Assembly: GCF_009914755.1 (NCBI RefSeq)
Contig: NC_060947.1
Length of the DNA: 64,000 nt
Origin: the human T2T-CHM13v2.0 reference genome, Homo sapiens
Direction: 5' to 3' (one strand)
The notes beneath the pieces are model-generated. The model had not been told where the DNA came from and did not search any database. It worked only from the letters and a program-made list of their open reading frames with translations. Made by a program: the position numbers and the translations under genes. Shown here one piece after another: positions 57,141 through 64,000 of this stretch (positions within the stretch are counted from its first letter, which is position 1; every line of letters begins with the position of its first letter).

Positions 57141-57446
57141 TGCTATGGATTGAATGTTTATGTTTTTCCCAAATTCTTATGTTGAAATTGTATGGAATGT
57201 AATAGCAAGATATTAGTGACCTTATAAAAGAGAACCCAGAGAGCCAGCTCACCCCTTCCGCCATGTGGAGACACATCCATAAGGAGCCAAATAAGAACCA
57301 GAAAATGATTCTTCACTAGACACTGAACCTGTCAGTGCCTTGATCTTGGGTTTCCCAGGCTCCAGAATGATGAGAAATAAATTTCTGTTATTTTAAGCCA
57401 CCAAGTTTATGGTAATTTGTTACAACAGCCACAGAAAACTAATACA
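57141..57446 (+). mobile_element. MLT1A-like MaLR LTR
   Basis: TGCTATGGATTGAATG...CTCCAGAATGATGAGAAATAAATTTCTG...AACTAATACA. Confidence 0.78.
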
Positions 57447-57746
57447 TACATGAACACTATTAATATAATAAAAGTATTTCCACATGTGCAAGAGATTAGA
57501 AAAGATCTTACTCCTGTGCCCATTCTGAAAAGTTACTTTAAGATGTGTTAGATGTTATAGACAAGAGAGAGGGAAATTAAAAATAAAAATCTCAAGAATA
57601 TAAACATTGTGGTAAACAAGCACTGGAAATGCATTTTGAAATTAAATATATAGAGTTAAGGAGAAATAGTCATTGATAGCTATTAAATTGAAGACAAAGA
57701 CAAAACAGTCTTGAAGTTTTATGTTTAAAAGTATTAATGGTATGAC

Positions 57747-58274
57747 GTATTAGTCAAGGTTCTTCAGAGAGACAGAACCAATAAGATATATACAGATATA
57801 TGAGAAGTAATTTAGTAGAAGGATTGACTCATGAGATCATGAAGGATGACTAGTCCCACAACAGGGTGTCCACAAGCTGGAGACTTTCAGATGCTGCTAC
57901 TGTGGCTTTGCCAAAGTTCAAAGCCTGAGACCCTGGGGCAGGTGAGGTGGGGGTTGGGGGCTTGAGGTTGCACTTTCCTGGAGTCTAAAGGCCAGAGAGC
58001 TTAGAGTTCTGATGTGCAAGGGCAGAAGAAGAGTGTGTCCCAGCTCTGAGAAACAAAGAAGCCAATTTGCTTTTTCTCTGTTTTTGCTCCATCTGGACTC
58101 CATGTCAATTGGATGGTGCCCACCCGCATTGAGGGTAGCTCTTCCCCACTTAGTCCACTTAGACTCACAGGTAAATCTCCTCTGGAAACGCTCTTATAAA
58201 CACATCCCAAAATAATGTTTTACCACTTCTCAAGGTGTAATCCAGTCAAGTTGAATCTAAAATTTGCCATCACA
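57747..58274 (-). mobile_element. MLT2B/C-like ERVL LTR
   Basis: GTATTAGTCAAGGTTCTTCAGAGAGACAGAACCAATA...CCATCACA. Confidence 0.8.
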
Positions 58275-59148
58275 TAGGATAACGCCAAAATTATTAGTCT
58301 GTATACCCAGATTATATTAAGTGACAGAAAATCAATTTGGGATGAGGCAGGAAGTGAAAGTACTTTCTAAACTATAAAATATTAGACAAGAAATATCATG
58401 GAAGGAGGTGCTAAACCAATTGGTATTTTGGACTTTTAATGAAGAGACATCATTGACAGCTGGTGAGAGAAAAAATGGTTAGATGTCAAAACTCTGACCT
58501 GATAGATGTTTAGAAACACTTCTAGATAGTGTGAGAAATACAGCATCCTCTCTTTCCCATTGGATATTCACATTTGAAGTATCATTCAAAGTTTTGAGAC
58601 GCTCTGCAGTAATTTTTTTTTTAAAACCAATGTCTTCCAAGCTCATTTGTAAAAGGATCCCCTTTATTAAGCCGTACTATGTACCTCTCTGAACATCAAT
58701 TTTGCAAGTCCCATATTAAAAGCATCTATACCAACCAAGATGAATGGCAATCCTTCCTCCCAACCTTATTAGTAAAGGGGATTAGAAGAAGGAGCAGCTA
58801 AGTCTATTAGTTTGCTTTCTTTCAACCTAACTCCTTTGTCAAAAAGTGAACTATCTCTACAGATTTTTTTAACCATTCCCTCATCTGAGGTCAACAATGC
58901 CATTGCTAGTAAAACCTGCTCTGTCACATGGCCTGATCCTGCAACATTCAACATGCAGAATCTCTTGAATGCTTTCCAGTTAGGGAATAGAAATGATCGG
59001 GGAAGAGACCACTCCCTTTTTGGCTGCTATTTTACAGAGAAGTTTCTGTTTTTCAAACAGCTGACTAGTAAGAAATAGGGGCAGTGGCTAGATTTTCCAG
59101 AAAATTTTCCTCTGTCACAAAGATAAACTTATTATTAAAAATGCTTTA

Positions 59149-59526
<378 letters not shown>

Positions 59527-59786
59527 TTAAAAATGCACAAATGATAGAATTTCTTTTCTCTTTTCCTCCAAGTAAATGACAAAGTATAGAAGACTAGACT
59601 AAAATTAGGAGTTTGAGGTTCTAATTTTAGTTCTGACACTTATTAAATATTTGCTGTTATGCAAGTAGATTAGTATAGTCACCTAAATTATGCCAAAGTC
59701 CTTTGATGCATTAAGGTCAACCTGTCCTTTAAGATTTACATAAATTGCCTCATATTCCCAACCACGTGTGGTGGGGAACCCAGGGT

Positions 59787-59841
59787 TTTCCCCAAGATCT
59801 CTAATGATTCTTTGACAGAATCATTAGAGATCTTGGGGAAA
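59787..59841. repeat. Perfect 25-bp inverted repeat with a 5-nt spacer
   Basis: TTTCCCCAAGATCTCTAATGATTCT-TTGAC-AGAATCATTAGAGATCTTGGGGAAA. Confidence 0.97.
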
Positions 59842-60124
59842 TGACATTTTCCCTAGTCTCTTCTATATTTGATTTCCTAATACTGCCAATTTGTTGATCC
59901 ACATTATGCTTCCACATATTTCAAACATGCAGTTGCTGTATAAGTATGCTACACTGGACCTACTCTAACATTCTCTCAGTAGAACACTAACCCAAAACTT
60001 GGTTATAAAAGCCTTTTATTGAAAGTTTTTGGGCATTAGGAGCATGACAAAATACAGGATAGCAAAGTATACTTAAAATATCAAGCATTCTTTGGCCATT
60101 CTGGTCACTAGAATCCCAATTAGT

Positions 60125-61820
60125 AATGGTGTCGAATTCTTTTTATGTATTACTGGATTCATCTTGCCAAGTTGAGCACTTTTGCATCCATATTCATAAG
60201 AGATATTGGTCTCTTCTATTGCAGTATCTTTGGTTTGGTATCAGAGCAATATTGTCTTCACAGAGTGAATTGGGAAGTGTTCCTTCCTCTTTGATTTTTT
60301 TTTGGAAAATTTGTGAAAATTGCCTTTTTTTTTTTTAAATGGAATTTATCAGTAAAGCCATGTGCACATGGACTTTTCTTTGTGGGTAGTTCTTTTTGTT
60401 TATTACTATTTCAATTTATTTTCTTGTTACAGATCTATTAATAATGTTTATATCTTCTTAAGTCAGTTTTAGTAGTTTATGTCTTTCGAGGAATTTGTTC
60501 ATTTAATCTAGTTCTCTAATTAGTTGGCATACAGTTGTTCATGTATTCCTTTAAAATGCTTCTCATCTCTGTAGGGCCAGTAGTAATGTTCTCACTTTTA
60601 TTTCTCATTCTAGTAATTTGAATCTTCTCCTTTTTTTTTTTTTGTCAATCTGGCTAAAGGTTTGTCAATTTTTTTTAATCTTTTCCAACAATCAACTTTT
60701 TGTCTCATTGGTTTTTCTTTTTTTTCCCCCTCCATTTTCTATTTCATTACTTTCTGCTCTTACCTTTATAATTTCCTTCCTTCTGTTTTCTTTAGGTTTA
60801 GTTTGCTTTTGTTTGTCCAGTGCCCCAAGGTAGAAAGTTAGGCTGTTAATTTGAAATCTTTCTCCTTTCATAATACAGAAATTAAGTACAGGTTTCTCAC
60901 TAAGCACTACTTTAGGTGCATCGTATAATTTTTTATGTTTTGTCTTCATTTTTATTCATCTTAAAGTATGTTCTCATTCTCCCTCTGATTTCTTCTTTGA
61001 CCCATTGATTATTTAGGAGTGTGTTGTTTAATTTTACGTTTGTGAATTTTATAATTATTTTCTGTTATGAATTTCTAATTTTATTCCATTATAGTCAAAG
61101 AACATGCTTTGTATTATTCCTTTTAATTTTATTGAAGTTTGTTTTATAGGCTAACATATGGTCTATCCTGGAGAAAGTTCTGTGTGAACTTGATAAGACT
61201 GTATATTCTGTTGTTTTTGGTTGGAGTAATCTAGACATGTATGGTTAAATCCGGTTGATTTTATAGTGTCATTTAATTCTTCTGTTTTCCTATTTTTGAT
61301 CTTCTGTCTAGTTGTCCAATCTATTATTAAAAGTAGAGTATTGAAGTCTACCCTATTATTTTTGAACTGTCTATCCCTTAATTTCTATAACATTTTGCTT
61401 CATGTATTTTGGTATTCTATTAGGTGCATATATGTTTATAATTATCATATATTCCTGACAGATTGGCTTAAATGTTATATCTTTTTCTATGTTTTTTACT
61501 TTCAATCTAGTTGTATCTTTGACTCTAAAGTTTGTCTCCTATGGACAATATATAGTTGAATTATGTTTTAAAAAATCCAGTCTAATAATCTTTGCATTTG
61601 ATTGAATTATTGAATACATTAACATTAATTGTTATCATTGATATATTTATGTTTGCCATTTTACTTTTGTTTTATATATGTCTCATGTCTTTTTTGTTCC
61701 TTTATTCCTTTTTTGCTTCTTTCTTTTGCACTAAGTGAATAATTTCTAATGTCTTATTTTAGTTACTTTAATAAATTTTTTACTACATTTTTGTGGTTGC
61801 TCTAGGGTTTACCATGTACA
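60125..61820 (-). mobile_element. Old L1M ORF2 5' (endonuclease/linker) fragment
   Basis: ORF 60692-60949 (LDKQKQTKPKENRRKEIIKVRAESNEIE) is L1 ORF2-like. Confidence 0.75.
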
Positions 61821-61824
61821 TCCC

Positions 61825-64000
61825 TCTTGCATGGGAAAGCTGTTATACAACCAGAAAACATGAATTGAAAATGATAATTGAATGAAAACCCTCTATAAAA
61901 GTTTAAATGGCCATGAGGTAGCCAAATATACCCAAAGCTTTGATTATCTTCTCAGAAATACGGGTTTAACAAACAAAACATTGGTCATAAACTATTTCAG
62001 TAATTTAGAAATCACCACACCAATGTATATAATATTTAATTTGGATCATTTATCTTTTCCATGATGAGTCATGAAATACAGAACTTTTAATAACAAAAGC
62101 ATTAATGACTCAAGAAGGACAAGGCAGCTGTCCTGGTTCTCCATGAGTGCATGCGTAGCATTGGACTTATGTCCTCTTGAATACCAGTTGTTTCTCCAAT
62201 TTAGGTACTTAGCACTGATAACTGATGGGTTATCATAGACCATTTGACTTAGACCATGGAGTTCATTCAAATTGTATATCTAAACAATTTCAGTATTGGC
62301 TGATTTAGCATGAAAATCTGGCAAAGTATTTTCTTGGTATTCAATTAATTTTTGTTCTGCTTGGGTTAGCAGTTTTATAAACCAGTCAGTGTTTTCATTA
62401 AAGTTCCAGGAATTCTTACCCAGTCCAAATGATATGATTCTAACATTACCAGAAACCTGTATTCAAGAGTGCTTTTCAGGGTCTCTTTCATCCTTTCAGG
62501 AACCCTTAAAAGACATTATCTTCTAGAATTTTGCATGCTTCTGAAGTTTTCAGGAATTGCATCAGCATTAAGCAATTAACTGTGGAAATGGCTTTAAATA
62601 GTCATAGTTAAAGACACAATTGACAAGGAAATTTGGTTATTTCTGTGGTCTACAATAACTTAACATAATAATCATAATTATGATTGATAGCATATACTCA
62701 GACATTAGAATTTTAGAAATCCTATACAATTTTGGAACATGTATTAATATCATTCACTAAAATATAACCTGAAGAAGGTTAAACATTAACAATTATATTT
62801 TATTTTGACAATGCTCCCATGCAACTCAACATGTCAAATTATCCTGTTTACCTCTGTTTTGGATGCTTCAGGGGCCTTCTGTAGCATCCCAAAGTCAGAG
62901 GTCAGAAAAGACAATTTTGAAGCTGAAATTTAATTTGGGGAAGGCTGTCAAATATGTTAACATTTTAAAACACTTGATATTATAAAATAGAATTCCAGGT
63001 CACCATAAGTCATTCATTTAGCCAAAATGATGACTCAAAAATTTTAAAAGGGCAAATACCTTTATTCATTGATAAAGGGATGACTTAGCTTTCCAAACAC
63101 TCTGTCTCTTGTCTTCCCTTTCTTTTTCATGTAGTTTATTGAAAAGGCAAACAAAAATCTTTCATTATCCTTTAATATTACATGAAAATCTTGTGCAAGA
63201 CAGAAAGCCAAATTTCACTCTTGCATTAGTGTACTATTAATGTCAACCTCACTTTTTAATAAAACCTGATAGACAAATCTATCCAACTTAATCAGTTTGA
63301 CCATAAGGTGAGATTCTCATAAACCTTTCATAACCCTTTGCAAATTTTTGTTAAAGAGCAAATCAGTGCTCTAAGAAAATCCTGTTGTGCTTTTATTTCA
63401 ATGTTCCATTTACAGAAAAAACAAACAAATATATAATACACCTTTAAATTTAGCTAATATGTTCACAAACATGATTTTTTACAAGTTTTTTTTTTACATA
63501 TCTTCCACAACTTGCTCAAACCTTCAGCTTCATCCTATCTAATTTTAAACAATACTTTAATCCTCTAAACTAGGCAAAAATTTTTATTCCCATGCCTTTT
63601 TATAATCTTTTACTAAATGCACATTTCACTTTCCTCACACACCTTGCATGTAGAACTCTTTTATCAGTAGTTTCAATTACATGTTACAATGTTAACTCTG
63701 AGCAATTTTTATTTTTGGTGAAAAACCTGGTAAGTAAATGATTTTAATTATGTACTAGGTATGGAGCCTAGGGCACCAGACATAAGTGCAGATATAGTTT
63801 GACTCTTTCCAGGATAGCTAGAGGGCTTGGCTAACTCCACATGTCCCAAGGCCTTACCTAGAATCTAATGGCTTCAAAGCAGGTAAGTTGAAAATTTTTC
63901 AGTCAAAGAAGCAGATTACAGCATTAAGCAAACCTAATATTTGACCTGCCTAAATTAGACCAAATGTCTTTATTTTACTAATAATTTTTAAAACTTTTTG
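61825..64000 (-). mobile_element. MER4-group ERV1 internal (non-coding, AT-rich) sequence, running off the right edge
   Basis: CCATGATGAGTCATG, AGACCATGGAGTTCATTCAAATTG, GAATTCCAGGTCACCATAAGTCATTCATTTAGCC and CTAACTCCACATGTCCC recalled as MER4-int-class segments; no LTR seen; strand and family tentative. Confidence 0.65.

Overview
Primate, very probably human or great-ape, intergenic or intronic DNA made mostly of transposable elements. I found no credible host protein-coding exon, RNA gene or CRISPR array; the ORF track is explained by L1, Alu and ERV remnants. From left to right it contains: (1) the 5' half of a minus-strand HERV-H provirus with an LTR7 of probable LTR7up type (1-3857); (2) a MER21 LTR stretched to 10.5 kb by nested insertions, namely a near-full-length L1MA, three Alus, MLT2A1 and MER4; (3) hAT fossils (Cheshire/MER58, Charlie1) and MaLR/ERVL LTRs; (4) a TSD-bounded L1PA4/5 whose 5'UTR carries an exact splice junction (SpIRE97/622-type); (5) old L1M fragments; (6) a decayed LTR19-family provirus with a His-type PBS, whose two LTRs were each hit at the same site by a different retroelement; (7) a perfect 25-bp inverted repeat; and (8) a MER4-group internal sequence running off the right end. 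Subfamily names come from recalled consensus sequences and need Dfam/RepeatMasker confirmation. I see no evidence for a new gene system. The strongest signals are retrotransposition and mutation events.
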